DNA from: Verrucomicrobiota bacterium | GTDB taxonomy: Bacteria; Verrucomicrobiota; Verrucomicrobiia; Verrucomicrobiales; DEV007 | Length of the DNA: 57,334 nt | NCBI GenBank assembly: GCA_020627905.1 | Contig: JAHDFZ010000001.1 | Span: 1-57,334, forward strand | Direction: 5' to 3' | Shown here: positions 9,855 to 19,532 of the stretch, in pieces | Layout of the letters: every line of letters begins with the position of its first letter | Numbering within the stretch: position 1 is the first letter of the stretch | Translations under genes and position numbers: made by a program | The notes under the pieces: model-generated | Seen by the model: the letters and a program-made list of their open reading frames with translations, nothing else | The model's database searches: none | Told to the model about the DNA's origin: nothing

Positions 9855-11603
9855 TCAGCTCACGCGATCGCGGCTTTTACGGCGAAGCTTCCGCACGATG
9901 AGATACCTCATGGCGGATGCCATCACCAGGGCGGTGAGAACCATCGGAAACCAGTCCCCGAAATGGGCATAAACTGTGAAGGCACCCTCCTTTGGCACCC
10001 TCACAATCGCGGGAATGCTGCCGCGGATAGCATAGCTGCCCGTTTCCGGATCCTGAATGAGACGCGCCTCTCCACCGCCCCCAAGTCGGTCATACACACT
10101 TCCAAATTCGTCAATCACACCGCTAACACCCGTATTCGCAGCTCGCACCATGGGGCGACGCAGCTCAATGGCGCGCACCCGGGCATTCTCGAAATGCTGC
10201 TCCGGCTGCGCCGTGCCATCGAACCAGCCATCATTCGTGACATTCACGAGCAACTGAGGTCCGCTGCACACGAACTTTCGTGCATGACGCCCGAACGTGT
10301 CCTCAAAGCAGATGAGAGGGATGATTCCCACCTCTTCTCCATTCAAATCCATCACGAGCGGCTCGGTCTCCTCTCCTCTGGCGAAATCTTCGACGATGAT
10401 TCCGCCCAGCACTGCCTCGATAGGAGGGAATATCTCACGAAAGGGTAGATACTCTCCCACAGGCACCAGTTTCACCTTGTTATAGACCTGAAAATCCGCC
10501 GTGCTGCCACGCATCAGCATGGCGTTATTGTAGACCTTCTCTGTCCCGAACTCGTTGTCTTCCAGGCCGGTGAGCAGATAGAAAGCTTTCTCAGCGAGGA
10601 TTTCCTCATTGAGGAAGGTCTGCATCCACGGGAATGAAAACAGCCCCGGCAGGGCCGTCTCTGGCCACACCACAAGATCCGGCGTGTCGGTCGTCGTGAA
10701 GAGATCGGTGTAATCACGATAGTCGTAGAGCACCTCCCGCATGACCTCGGTGTCGTCCGTCCACTTCTGCTCGAGCGAATGGTTGAGCTGCAAGATGCGG
10801 GTCTTCACCTCGATCCGATCACCGGTGAGCGTGCTCTGTGACTTGGACAGACCATAAAGAAACAGCGCAATGATCACCATAGCCCCCACCCCGAAATCAA
10901 TGTGTGGTCGCAGGCGATGAAACTGATGCATCTCCCGCGCCAGCCGGATAATCGTCGCCGTGAGGATCACATTGGCAAAGATCATGAAAAAGCCATACCC
11001 GTGAATACCCACAACATCCGCGAACTGAAGCAGAAGCAGGGAGTCCGTCAGCACCACTCCGAGACCGTTCCAGGGGAAGCCCGTCAACACCCAGCTGCGC
11101 AGCCACTCGAGAGAGCACCAGCACGCGCCGCACAGGACGGCTACACGCAGCACTCTCAGAGATACCCTTACGCCGAAGGGGTCCGCTCCCGTATCGACGT
11201 CTGAAAAGCGCCAACGCCCGAGCGTTGCCGCGAAGCCTCCGAACATGGCTGGATACAGAGCGAGGAAACCCGCCAAGCCACCAAGAGCAGCGATCCCCGC
11301 CCACACCGTGCCCGCCACAGCCGAGACCGAGGTCAGCCACGAAATGTTAATCAAAAAAAAGGTGAGCCCCTGGAAGTAACCCAAGCGGAAGCCGAACCAG
11401 AATCTCGACTTCCCTTGTTTCGGCTCCCCAAACCAGAGGCCTGCCAGAAAAGGAGCTGCAAAAAACCAGATCAACCAAGTCTGTCGGAAAGGCGGAAAGC
11501 AGAGTGCTAACAGAACACCACTGAGAACAGCTCCCACAGCAGGTAGGAGTCGCCCCCAGCCTCGTTTCGGCCGAGCACTGCGATCACCCGATGACTCCTC
11601 CAT
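9855..11603 (-). CDS. lnt: Apolipoprotein N-acyltransferase
   Basis: Multi-TM N-terminus with TGFPW; CN-hydrolase triad motifs WPET, YNKVKLVP, ICFED; TNDGWF and RAANTGVS. Confidence 0.95.
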   Translation of the reverse strand: MEESSGDRSARPKRGWGRLLPAVGAVLSGVLLALCFPPFRQTWLIWFFAAPFLAGLWFGEPKQGKSRFWFGFRLGYFQGLTFFLINISWLTSVSAVAGTVWAGIAALGGLAGFLALYPAMFGGFAATLGRWRFSDVDTGADPFGVRVSLRVLRVAVLCGACWCSLEWLRSWVLTGFPWNGLGVVLTDSLLLLQFADVVGIHGYGFFMIFANVILTATIIRLAREMHQFHRLRPHIDFGVGAMVIIALFLYGLSKSQSTLTGDRIEVKTRILQLNHSLEQKWTDDTEVMREVLYDYRDYTDLFTTTDTPDLVVWPETALPGLFSFPWMQTFLNEEILAEKAFYLLTGLEDNEFGTEKVYNNAMLMRGSTADFQVYNKVKLVPVGEYLPFREIFPPIEAVLGGIIVEDFARGEETEPLVMDLNGEEVGIIPLICFEDTFGRHARKFVCSGPQLLVNVTNDGWFDGTAQPEQHFENARVRAIELRRPMVRAANTGVSGVIDEFGSVYDRLGGGGEARLIQDPETGSYAIRGSIPAIVRVPKEGAFTVYAHFGDWFPMVLTALVMASAMRYLIVRKLRRKSRDRVS

Positions 11604-11623
11604 CCTCGGTATCGGTGATGACC

Positions 11624-13588
11624 CTATGCCTCAAGACGCGCCCGCATATCTGCTACCACAGCATCTCTGAGCGCAACCCATGTGGCATCTACTCTATCCT
11701 TCTCAGCATCAAGCTCACTTTCTGCTACGGCAGCTGATCCGCCCTCAGGCCTGACATAGAGGTAATACTTGATCTTAGGCTCCGTGCCCGAAGGGCGAAC
11801 GGCAAAGGCTCGGCCATCGGCCAGATCGATGAAGACCATCTTCTCCTTTGGGATGAGATCACCTTCTTCATCATAGTGGTCATCGTTAAGGAAATCGCGA
11901 ACCCGGATCACCTGACTGCCATCCATTTCACTTGGTGGAGAATCAATGTAACTCTGAGCGAGCTTCTGGATCTGAGCCGCCCCATCAGCACCTGTCAGGG
12001 TTTCAGCATGCTGCCCTTCCTTGAAAACGCCGAACTGACAGAACAAATCATCGAGAAGATCGACCACGGTTTTGCCAAGCGATTTCGCATAGGCAGCAAC
12101 TTCAGCAAACATCACAACGGCACCGTTGCCGTCCTTATCACGCAGGAAATCTGCTCCCAGATAACCATAGCTTTCCTCCCCGCCGAAAACGAAAAACTTC
12201 GAGTGCTGCAGTCGCAGATCCCGCGTTTCCTCATCGCTGAGAGAGCGATAGTCAGCGCGCAGATCAGATGGGATCTGCTGCTCGTATTTCTGGAGCTTCG
12301 CACCGATATACTTGAACCCTGTCAGGGTGTTCACGACTCCGACGCCGAAATGATCACCAATCGCCTGCTGCAGCTCTGTGGTGACAAAGGTTTTGACTAG
12401 CACTGCATGATCCTGATTCTCCGAAGTCACGATCCCCTTGCTGCGGAAGGCATTCATCCGGTAGAATGCCATGAGAGATCCGATCTGGTTTCCACTGAGG
12501 AGAACCAGCTTCCCCTCTCCATTCCGAGCCACAACGCCCATGCGATCCGAGTCGGGATCCGTGCCGATGACGAGGTCTGCACCTGAGGCATCTGCCTGAT
12601 CCATCCCCATCTGTAAGGCCTCGGCATTTTCGGGGTTGGGCGATTTGACAGTGGGGAACCAACCGCTTGGCACGTCCTGCTCCGGAACGGTGTCGCACTG
12701 AAATCCCAGACGGCGGAGCATCGGAGCAGAAATGATGCCTCCTGTGCCATGGATGTTGGTGAAAACGATCTTCAGGTCACCCTGAGCCTTTACCATCTCG
12801 GGATCGAGCAGGAGCGTCTCCAGCCGCTCCATGTAGGCTTCATCATTCTCCGTGCCCAGCTCGGTGATCACTCCCTGCTCGCCAACTGGCAGGGGCTCGT
12901 AGGCCTCGCCAGCGATTTGATTCACCTGCTCGATGACGGCGCTGGCATCCGGCTCCACCAGCTGCGCTCCATCTGCTCCATAGGCCTTGAAGCCATTGTC
13001 GTGAGGCGGGTTATGACTGGCGGTCAGGACGATGCCGGCATCAGCCTGCAAATGACGAACAGCGAAGCTGAGCTGTGGCGTCGAGCGAGGCTCAGCAAAG
13101 ACGAAGACATCGCAGCCGTTCTCGCTGGCTACTCTCGTGACGCAGTCGGCAAATTCCTTCCCGAAATGACGAGTGTCGCGAGCGAGAGCCAGAGAGGGAC
13201 GGGTCTTCCCTTCGGATGGCTGGAAGCTCGCCTTCAGATGGCGCACCAGGCCGAGGCTCGCTTTGGTGAGGTTGTAGAAGTTTAGCGAGGCAGTGCCCAC
13301 GCAGGGATGCTCAGGCCTCTCGCCGGCGGGGGCGCTGCCCTGCTCCGCCGCCGTAATGGTCTCGCCCATAGAGCGGCCGCGGAGTCCGCCCGTGCCGAAA
13401 GCGAGCTTCTTAAAGAAACGATTGTTCAACTCCGCCCAGTTACCGCTATCCGCCAGCTCCAGGATCACCGTTTCATAAAAGGGATTGTCTGATCCACCGA
13501 GGAAGCCCTCGATGTTTTCGAGGGACGATGCGAGCAGGTCGCCCTTGTCCTTAGCCTGCGAAAGTTGGTCATGAAGCTGTGAATTCAT
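11624..13588 (-). CDS. Phosphoglucomutase/phosphomannomutase (phosphohexomutase)
   Basis: FGTGGLRG, TASHNPP (phospho-Ser), DPDSDR metal loop, GEESYG, RPSGTEPKIK. Confidence 0.95.
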   Translation of the reverse strand: MNSQLHDQLSQAKDKGDLLASSLENIEGFLGGSDNPFYETVILELADSGNWAELNNRFFKKLAFGTGGLRGRSMGETITAAEQGSAPAGERPEHPCVGTASLNFYNLTKASLGLVRHLKASFQPSEGKTRPSLALARDTRHFGKEFADCVTRVASENGCDVFVFAEPRSTPQLSFAVRHLQADAGIVLTASHNPPHDNGFKAYGADGAQLVEPDASAVIEQVNQIAGEAYEPLPVGEQGVITELGTENDEAYMERLETLLLDPEMVKAQGDLKIVFTNIHGTGGIISAPMLRRLGFQCDTVPEQDVPSGWFPTVKSPNPENAEALQMGMDQADASGADLVIGTDPDSDRMGVVARNGEGKLVLLSGNQIGSLMAFYRMNAFRSKGIVTSENQDHAVLVKTFVTTELQQAIGDHFGVGVVNTLTGFKYIGAKLQKYEQQIPSDLRADYRSLSDEETRDLRLQHSKFFVFGGEESYGYLGADFLRDKDGNGAVVMFAEVAAYAKSLGKTVVDLLDDLFCQFGVFKEGQHAETLTGADGAAQIQKLAQSYIDSPPSEMDGSQVIRVRDFLNDDHYDEEGDLIPKEKMVFIDLADGRAFAVRPSGTEPKIKYYLYVRPEGGSAAVAESELDAEKDRVDATWVALRDAVVADMRARLEA

Positions 13589-13623
13589 GCGCTCAGCCTA
13601 GGAAGGCCAGCCTGAAAAAGCAA
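13589..13623 (-). promoter_or_regulatory. Sigma70-like promoter of the phosphohexomutase-lnt unit, probably leaderless
   Basis: Minus strand: TTGCTT-17 nt-TAGGCT-6 nt-ATG. Confidence 0.6.
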
Positions 13624-13722
13624 CCATGCAGTTCGTAGCGATTTGGGCAGCTACGATTGCTTTTCTCAATTCATCAAAAGTCTTCATCAGCGCTGGCTGG
13701 ATATGCATTAGCCTGCATCCCC

Positions 13723-13952
13723 GTAGCCGCGCCGGTGACGGCGTGGATCTGTCCGCACGCATGCCCACTTCTGCCGCAGGTCAACAAGCTTAGGCTCCCC
13801 AGCTCAGCTGTGCGGCTACACTTCGCAGCCGCTTCTCACCCCGTAGCCGCGCCGGTAACGGCGTGGGTCTGTCCGCATGCAGCACTCTGTCTGCCGCAGG
13901 CCGTGCTCTCCGGTCCATGAGCTTGCGCTTCCCAGCTCAGCCGCGCGGCTAC
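13723..13952. repeat. REP-doublet cluster 1 (units 13723-13819 and 13843-13952)
   Basis: Each unit begins GTAGCCGCGCCGGT(G/A)ACGGCGTGG and ends GCGGCTAC; same family as the clusters at 33.8, 44.9 and 57.1 kb. Confidence 0.9.
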
Positions 13953-13976
13953 GTATCCAATGCTGCAACTCACCCG

Positions 13977-14381
13977 CTACATCGCCTCAAAAATCGTGCC
14001 GGGACCAGTAGCGCCAATCTCCACCGTTTGACCGTCCTCATAGCGCACCTTGCAGTCCTGAGCGTCGTGAGTAAATCCACGAAAATGCCCGCCGCGCTTG
14101 ATGATGTAGGTATTCCGTGTGCCGGAGTGGGCCTCGATTGAGCCACCGGCCTCGACGATGTATTTGCAGTCAATGCCACCCGCTCCAATGATCTTCGCAC
14201 CAGCCGGCACCACGAAAGTCGTTTTCTCTTCATCCGGATACCACATGGTGCCCTCGACGACGACTTTCGACTTCGCCTTCGATGCAGCCGTCTTCGTCAA
14301 CGATGAAGAGGAGCTCGTCGTCTCACACCCAACGATGGCAAGCATGAGCAAAAGACCTAAAACACTGGGAAGAAGCTTCAT
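13977..14381 (-). CDS. Hypothetical lipoprotein, beta-rich
   Basis: MKLLPSVLGLLLMLAIVG-C lipobox and Ser-rich linker; start moved to ATG 14381. Confidence 0.7.
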   Translation of the reverse strand: MKLLPSVLGLLLMLAIVGCETTSSSSSLTKTAASKAKSKVVVEGTMWYPDEEKTTFVVPAGAKIIGAGGIDCKYIVEAGGSIEAHSGTRNTYIIKRGGHFRGFTHDAQDCKVRYEDGQTVEIGATGPGTIFEAM

Positions 14382-14444
14382 AAAAAAGGGAGGCGTAGCC
14401 ACAAAGACTACCCTCCCTGAGCGTCGGAGTAAATAGAGAAGAAC

Positions 14445-14885
14445 CTAGGAGAGCTCCTGAGCGTGAAAGATCGCCCAGTCGTCGAGGTTGTTCAGATTTA
14501 CGGCATCGCGAAAGCTGCAGGACTCGTCCGTCTGACCTGTGCCAGCGAAAATCTCAGCACGCGTCTCATCTGCGTGGATGTAGCCCTCGACAGCTGCATT
14601 GTGAGCCGCAATGGCCTCCGGAGTGACTGAGCTGCCATTGGCGGCGATCCAGTTTTCGAACTCTACGTAGCTAGGCTTTTCGCTGGAGATGAAACTCAGC
14701 ATCGCATCGCGATCTACGCCCAGTGCATCGATCGTCATCTGATCATAACCCTGGCCGCAGGCTGGATAGTCGTCGTGAAGCTTATCCTGGGCCCCGAGGC
14801 ACGCTTTCTGCCAGAGGCGAGGGAGATGGAGAACGCCGAGAGGACCGGCCGTTCCAGAACTGATAGTGGGAACAATTTTGCTCAT
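14445..14885 (-). CDS. DUF5069-like protein
   Basis: AGPLGVLHLPRLWQKA...YPACGQGYDQM...PSYVEFENWI...LNNLDDW pattern, recognised as typical of verrucomicrobial DUF5069-like proteins. Confidence 0.65.
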   Translation of the reverse strand: MSKIVPTISSGTAGPLGVLHLPRLWQKACLGAQDKLHDDYPACGQGYDQMTIDALGVDRDAMLSFISSEKPSYVEFENWIAANGSSVTPEAIAAHNAAVEGYIHADETRAEIFAGTGQTDESCSFRDAVNLNNLDDWAIFHAQELS

Positions 14886-14930
14886 AGCGTCCAAGGTTAC
14901 GCCGCAGCCCGCTAAGTGCGCAACTACCGA

Positions 14931-15110
14931 TCAGTGCTTATCTGCGCCTTTGTGCGCACCATCCTTTGATTTTGCGCCATGACTACCGTGATCATCATGA
15001 TGCGCGCCATGCCCCTCATGAAGCACCTTGGTTTCCTCAACGCTGCGGCGCTCACAGCTGGCAGCAAAGGCGAAGAGAGTGACGAGGAACAGAGTAAGAC
15101 TGGTTTTCAT
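14931..15110 (-). CDS. Small His-rich lipoprotein
   Basis: MKTSLTLFLVTLFAFAAS-C lipobox followed by HEGHGAHHDDHGSH. Confidence 0.65.
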   Translation of the reverse strand: MKTSLTLFLVTLFAFAASCERRSVEETKVLHEGHGAHHDDHGSHGAKSKDGAHKGADKH

Positions 15111-15199
15111 AATGGAATGGGAGATGGATTCACGGAAACGGGGCAATTGCAAGTGAGAGTCACAAGCTTCAGCGTGATATCGACCAATAGCGATTTTGA

Positions 15200-17461
15200 T
15201 CAGCTGAGCCCCTTCACCACCAGGTGATTCCCTTCATGCTGGAGCACCTGAATCTCCTCACCCTTGTCGATCGAAGGCCCCATCGAAACGGCATTGTAGT
15301 CTTTGCCCTCGATCCGCACCTTTCCCGAGGGCATGAACGGCGTAATCGCCATCCCTGTCTGCCCGACGAGGCTGACCACCTCCGAGGCCTCTTCTCCAAC
15401 GGCAGGGTCTCCCACTTCGCCAGCAAGGATCAGCGGATTTGCCAGCCGAGTCTGAGGAAGATACTTGATACCGAGCAGAATCAGACCGGTAGCACCAGCC
15501 AGGCCGATCACGACAGAGCGGAAACCAGCTCCCAGAAGCGACAACCATCCTTCAGCAGCGGGCAGGTCGGCCATCTGCCACTCGAAGTCTACGCGGTCGA
15601 CCATGGCAAAGGCAAGCGAACCCAGCACCAGGAGAGTCCCTACCAATCCGGGTATAATCATCCCCGGAAAGACGAAGATCTCCAGCGCAATGAGCACAAT
15701 CCCCAGGGCAAGAACAACGGCGAGCTCGTAGCCGGCGAGATTGCCTGCTAGATTGTTCCCAAAAAAGAAGATGGCGAAGGAGATCAGCCCGACCGCCCCG
15801 GGGAGACCAAAGCCAGGTGACTTCAACTCCAGATAGACTCCAGCGATGCCGACAATGATAAACGCAAAGGCAAAACGCTGCACCCACTGAGCGAAATTCT
15901 CCAGACCGAGAGCTTCTGCCTGGACGATTTCGCCTTCCAGGCCCTCCTGATCCGCCAGATCCTCGACGCTCATGGCAATACCAGCAGCGAGCACCGGCTT
16001 GCCGCCTATCTCCTCGGTCGCTCGGATGGTGTTGAGATTGAGCACGTTGCCAGCCTCGTGCACGACGACACCATCGATGACGACCTCCTTGTCCTGCGTG
16101 ACGAAGGCCTCCGCAATGTCGGGATTATGCCCGTTCAGCTCCGCCACATTGCGCACGGAGCCGATGAGCATCTGCGTGACCTTATCCTCGATAGCGCTCG
16201 GCAGATCCTGACCACCGCCTGACACCACGAGGGCGGATCCGATGGTGGCAGCGGGTCGCATGTAAATCTCATCTGTGCCAACGGCAATGATCGCTCCCGC
16301 CGATTCGGCGCGAGTATTGACGAAGGCGTAGGTCGGGATAGTCGTCGCCTGCAGCACATCGAGTATGAGATCCTGAGTATACCAGGCGATTCCGCCGGGA
16401 GTATCCAGATCGAAGATCACCGCCTCGGCCTTCTGCAGCTGAGCGCGCCGGAGCGTGCGCTCCATGAAGTCGAACGAAGCCTTCCCGCTGACCAGCGTGT
16501 CCTGCCCCACGGTGATGACGACCACCTTCCCGGCATAGTCGATGCGATTTTTCCTTCCGAGGAAAGTGGTCTCTGACTCGTCCTCGATCGCTCCAGCGGT
16601 ATCGGCTGCAGTTTCGCCAGTCCGCTCGCGTGCCTCCTGCATGCGCTGGCGATTCTTCCATTCGGCAAAATTCTGAGGTGTAAAAGAACGGGCATCATCC
16701 ACCTCGCCATAAGAGGCAGAAAATGCTGACTCATCCGCCACTACAGATACGAAAGGCTCATCTCCTTTTTTGATCTCCGCTGCCTGAGCGGCTCGCAGGG
16801 TCAGCAGACTCTCCTCTGTGGCGTAGATTTCTCCCTCCCGTTCGAAACTGGCCACCTGATTGATCATCGCCTGTAGCAGGTCCGGATCGATCCCCTGACG
16901 TCGAGCGATCGCCTCCAAACGAGCCTCCAGCACGGACCAGTTCGTGTAAGTCAACTCTGTCTGAGCGGCAGCTTTTTCATCATCAGCGCTCGGCGATGCC
17001 GGTTTGGCTGTGATCGCCCCCAGAACAGCGCCTTCCGCCATAACCAATTCATCAGCGATCAGGAAAAAAGAGGCCCCGCTGCCCGTCGCCGCTGTGGGGA
17101 TGAAGACGGTCACATCCAGCGGCGCGGCTGCACTGAGAGCCTTCAACAGAAGCTCCCACTGGTCCCAGGCCAGCTCAGCAGAGCAATCAACAACAAGCTG
17201 CACGCCAGCGACTTCTTCTTCCGCCGCTTTCTGAAAGAATTGCTCGATATCCCTGAGTCGACGCAGGTTGGTCAGCTCATCATTGCGAATGGTGAGCTTC
17301 ACCGTTTGGCCGGCCCACGCGTCTGAATTTAGTGCCTCAGGCGCTTTCTCCTCGGTCACAACCGCCTGCTCTCCGGCCTCTTGACCGAAAGAGGTGCTAC
17401 AAACTCCCGGAAAGACGAGGGAGAAAACCAAAACGGGGAGTAACCAAAGCTGCCGATTCAT
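15200..17461 (-). CDS. NfeD-family membrane-bound serine protease (ClpP/S49-like) with a duplicated N-terminal domain
   Basis: DLDTPGG, AESAGA, YMRPAATIGSA; TM block with ELKSPGFG and LEIFVFPG; C-terminal OB-fold LVGQTG.AITP..PSGKVRIEG. Confidence 0.85.
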   Translation of the reverse strand: MNRQLWLLPVLVFSLVFPGVCSTSFGQEAGEQAVVTEEKAPEALNSDAWAGQTVKLTIRNDELTNLRRLRDIEQFFQKAAEEEVAGVQLVVDCSAELAWDQWELLLKALSAAAPLDVTVFIPTAATGSGASFFLIADELVMAEGAVLGAITAKPASPSADDEKAAAQTELTYTNWSVLEARLEAIARRQGIDPDLLQAMINQVASFEREGEIYATEESLLTLRAAQAAEIKKGDEPFVSVVADESAFSASYGEVDDARSFTPQNFAEWKNRQRMQEARERTGETAADTAGAIEDESETTFLGRKNRIDYAGKVVVITVGQDTLVSGKASFDFMERTLRRAQLQKAEAVIFDLDTPGGIAWYTQDLILDVLQATTIPTYAFVNTRAESAGAIIAVGTDEIYMRPAATIGSALVVSGGGQDLPSAIEDKVTQMLIGSVRNVAELNGHNPDIAEAFVTQDKEVVIDGVVVHEAGNVLNLNTIRATEEIGGKPVLAAGIAMSVEDLADQEGLEGEIVQAEALGLENFAQWVQRFAFAFIIVGIAGVYLELKSPGFGLPGAVGLISFAIFFFGNNLAGNLAGYELAVVLALGIVLIALEIFVFPGMIIPGLVGTLLVLGSLAFAMVDRVDFEWQMADLPAAEGWLSLLGAGFRSVVIGLAGATGLILLGIKYLPQTRLANPLILAGEVGDPAVGEEASEVVSLVGQTGMAITPFMPSGKVRIEGKDYNAVSMGPSIDKGEEIQVLQHEGNHLVVKGLS

Positions 17462-17530
17462 GCCTCTATGAATACGAACGGAGGCCGTCTACGTCCACGA
17501 AAATCGATCCGCGCTGCCATGTGTAACTAG

Positions 17531-17559
17531 TTGCCTTACGGCCCCGCCCCATCTACTCT
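17531..17559 (+). promoter_or_regulatory. Sigma70-like promoter of rsmD-waaA-plsY
   Basis: TTGCCT-17 nt-TACTCT, 8 nt before the rsmD ATG. Confidence 0.55.
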
Positions 17560-17567
17560 CGCGAACT

Positions 17568-18143
17568 ATGCGAATCATAGCCGGAACTGCCCGCGGGCGC
17601 TCTCTCAAGATGCCCGACAGCATCACCAGACCCACATCTGACCGAGTGCGCGAGGCCCTGTTTTCCTCCCTCGGGAGCTTCATCGAGGGCGCACGCGTGC
17701 TCGACCTCTTTGCCGGCAGCGGAGGACTGGGTCTCGAGAGCCTCAGCCGCGGAGCCTCCTCGGTGCTTAGCGTCGAGCACGACGCTAAAGCCTGCCGCGT
17801 CATCGAGGAAAATGCCCACACGCTATCGCTCCAGCCATTACGCGTTCAACGCGGCGATGTCATCCGCTTTCTCGATCGTGCCGCTGCATCAACAGCCGAG
17901 CCTTTCCAGATCATTTTCGCCGATCCTCCCTATGCTCGGGATGAGGAGCGCGAAGAGTTGATCACCACGCTGATGGAGCACCCCGGCCTGCCCTCACTCC
18001 TCGCTGACGAAGGTGCCTTTATTCTCGAAAACTTCGCGAAACGAGATCTGGTGATCCCGCCGCACTGGCACTGCTACAAGGAAAAAAGCTATGGCGACAC
18101 CCGCTTGACCTATCTGACGAAAGCGAGCGATCCTGAAAACTAG
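17568..18143 (+). CDS. rsmD: 16S rRNA m2G966 methyltransferase
   Basis: MRIIAG.ARGR, TRPTSDRVREALF, LDLFAGSG.LGLE.LSRGA, DPPY. Confidence 0.95.
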   Translation: MRIIAGTARGRSLKMPDSITRPTSDRVREALFSSLGSFIEGARVLDLFAGSGGLGLESLSRGASSVLSVEHDAKACRVIEENAHTLSLQPLRVQRGDVIRFLDRAAASTAEPFQIIFADPPYARDEEREELITTLMEHPGLPSLLADEGAFILENFAKRDLVIPPHWHCYKEKSYGDTRLTYLTKASDPEN

Positions 18144-18154
18144 GAGCCTTCACG

Positions 18155-19498
18155 ATGTCGCGCACTTTTGTCCTTACCCTCTATCGCCTGCTCTTACCAA
18201 TCGCGCTGGTGATTGGTTTCCCTGGCTTTATCGTCAAAGGGATTCGGCGCGGCGGGCTGGCTCGGGGTTTCGCGCAGCGTTTCGGAAAATTCTCAGACGG
18301 AGACCTCCCTGCGGGAAATGCGCGCCCGCTGTGGATCCATGCGGTCAGCGTGGGAGAGGTCATGCTGGCACAGAAGCTGATAGCCGAACTTCAGACGCGC
18401 AGGGAACTTGCAGACACGCCTCTTCTCCTTTCGACGACGACGACGACAGGCTACCGAGTTGCAAGGGAAAACCTCCCCGAAACAGTCTCCATTATCCACA
18501 ACCCTCTCGATCTCGGGTGGATCGTCCGGTCAGTGGTTCAGCGTATCCAACCACAGGCGCTCATCCTCATCGAGGCCGAAATCTGGCCGAACCTTGTCAC
18601 CCATCTAAAGTCAAAAGGCGTTCCTATTTTTCTCATCAACGCCCGCCTGTCTCCGAGGTCCGAAAAACGATATCAGAAGGCTAAAGCACTCATCGCCCCG
18701 ATCTTCCGCTTAATCGATCACGCCACTGTGCCGTTTTCCACCGATCCAGAACGCTGGGCGTCCTTGGGCATCCCAAGCGACCGCATCCATTGCCTTGGCA
18801 GCATCAAGTTCGATGCTCCTCGCCAGGAACAGCAGGACACAGCTGACCTGCGCGGATGGTTAGAGAGAACCGGCGGGAAAACCGACGAAGCCTGGGTCAT
18901 CGGGGGAAGCACCCACGCGGGCGAGGAACGTCTCATCGCCGACGCCGTCAGAGACATCGCAGACGGTTCACCCGCTAGAGCTCTCATCATTCCCCGTCAT
19001 GCTGAAAGAGCACCGTCAATCATCAGCGAGCTGACAGCAGCAGGCTATCAAGTCCATCAGCGCAGCAACGACACCTCTCATGGCGATGCCCATGCTCCAG
19101 CTGTCTGGCTCTGCGACACCACAGGAGAATTGCAGCGCGCTTATCAACTGGGCACCGTCGCCATCATCGGCAAAAGCTTTAGGGCGAAGGGCGGTCAGAA
19201 CCCTATCGAACCACTGAGAGCGGGCTGCCCGATCATCCTCGGGCCACACATGCAGAACTTCCTCGAGATCGTAGCTGACCTCCGTCAGCACAAGGCGGTC
19301 ATGCAGCTGAGTGAGGAGGAAGATAGCGACTATGCCGAGTCCCTGACGAGGGCAATTGAAAACCTCCTAACTGATCCCGATTTCTCGGCTACTATGCTAA
19401 CCAACGCCGATCAATCATTGGCGCAACACCTTGGGGCTACAGCTCGGAATGCCGACTTTGTGATCGAGAGATTAACGGCAAAATCAGAATCCACCTAA
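18155..19498 (+). CDS. waaA: 3-deoxy-D-manno-octulosonic acid (Kdo) transferase
   Basis: WIHAVSVGE, EAEIWPN, NARLS, GSTHAGEE, PRHAER, GGQNPIEP. Confidence 0.95.
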   Translation: MSRTFVLTLYRLLLPIALVIGFPGFIVKGIRRGGLARGFAQRFGKFSDGDLPAGNARPLWIHAVSVGEVMLAQKLIAELQTRRELADTPLLLSTTTTTGYRVARENLPETVSIIHNPLDLGWIVRSVVQRIQPQALILIEAEIWPNLVTHLKSKGVPIFLINARLSPRSEKRYQKAKALIAPIFRLIDHATVPFSTDPERWASLGIPSDRIHCLGSIKFDAPRQEQQDTADLRGWLERTGGKTDEAWVIGGSTHAGEERLIADAVRDIADGSPARALIIPRHAERAPSIISELTAAGYQVHQRSNDTSHGDAHAPAVWLCDTTGELQRAYQLGTVAIIGKSFRAKGGQNPIEPLRAGCPIILGPHMQNFLEIVADLRQHKAVMQLSEEEDSDYAESLTRAIENLLTDPDFSATMLTNADQSLAQHLGATARNADFVIERLTAKSEST

Positions 19499-19532
19499 GA
19501 CGCCTGCCTCATCCATCTACCCTTATCCCATT

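Noticed and set aside
13657-13920. Short ORFs with VAAPVTAWICP motifs (also at 33776, 44205-45256, 56937)
   Set aside because: These are translations of the REP repeat, not a protein family
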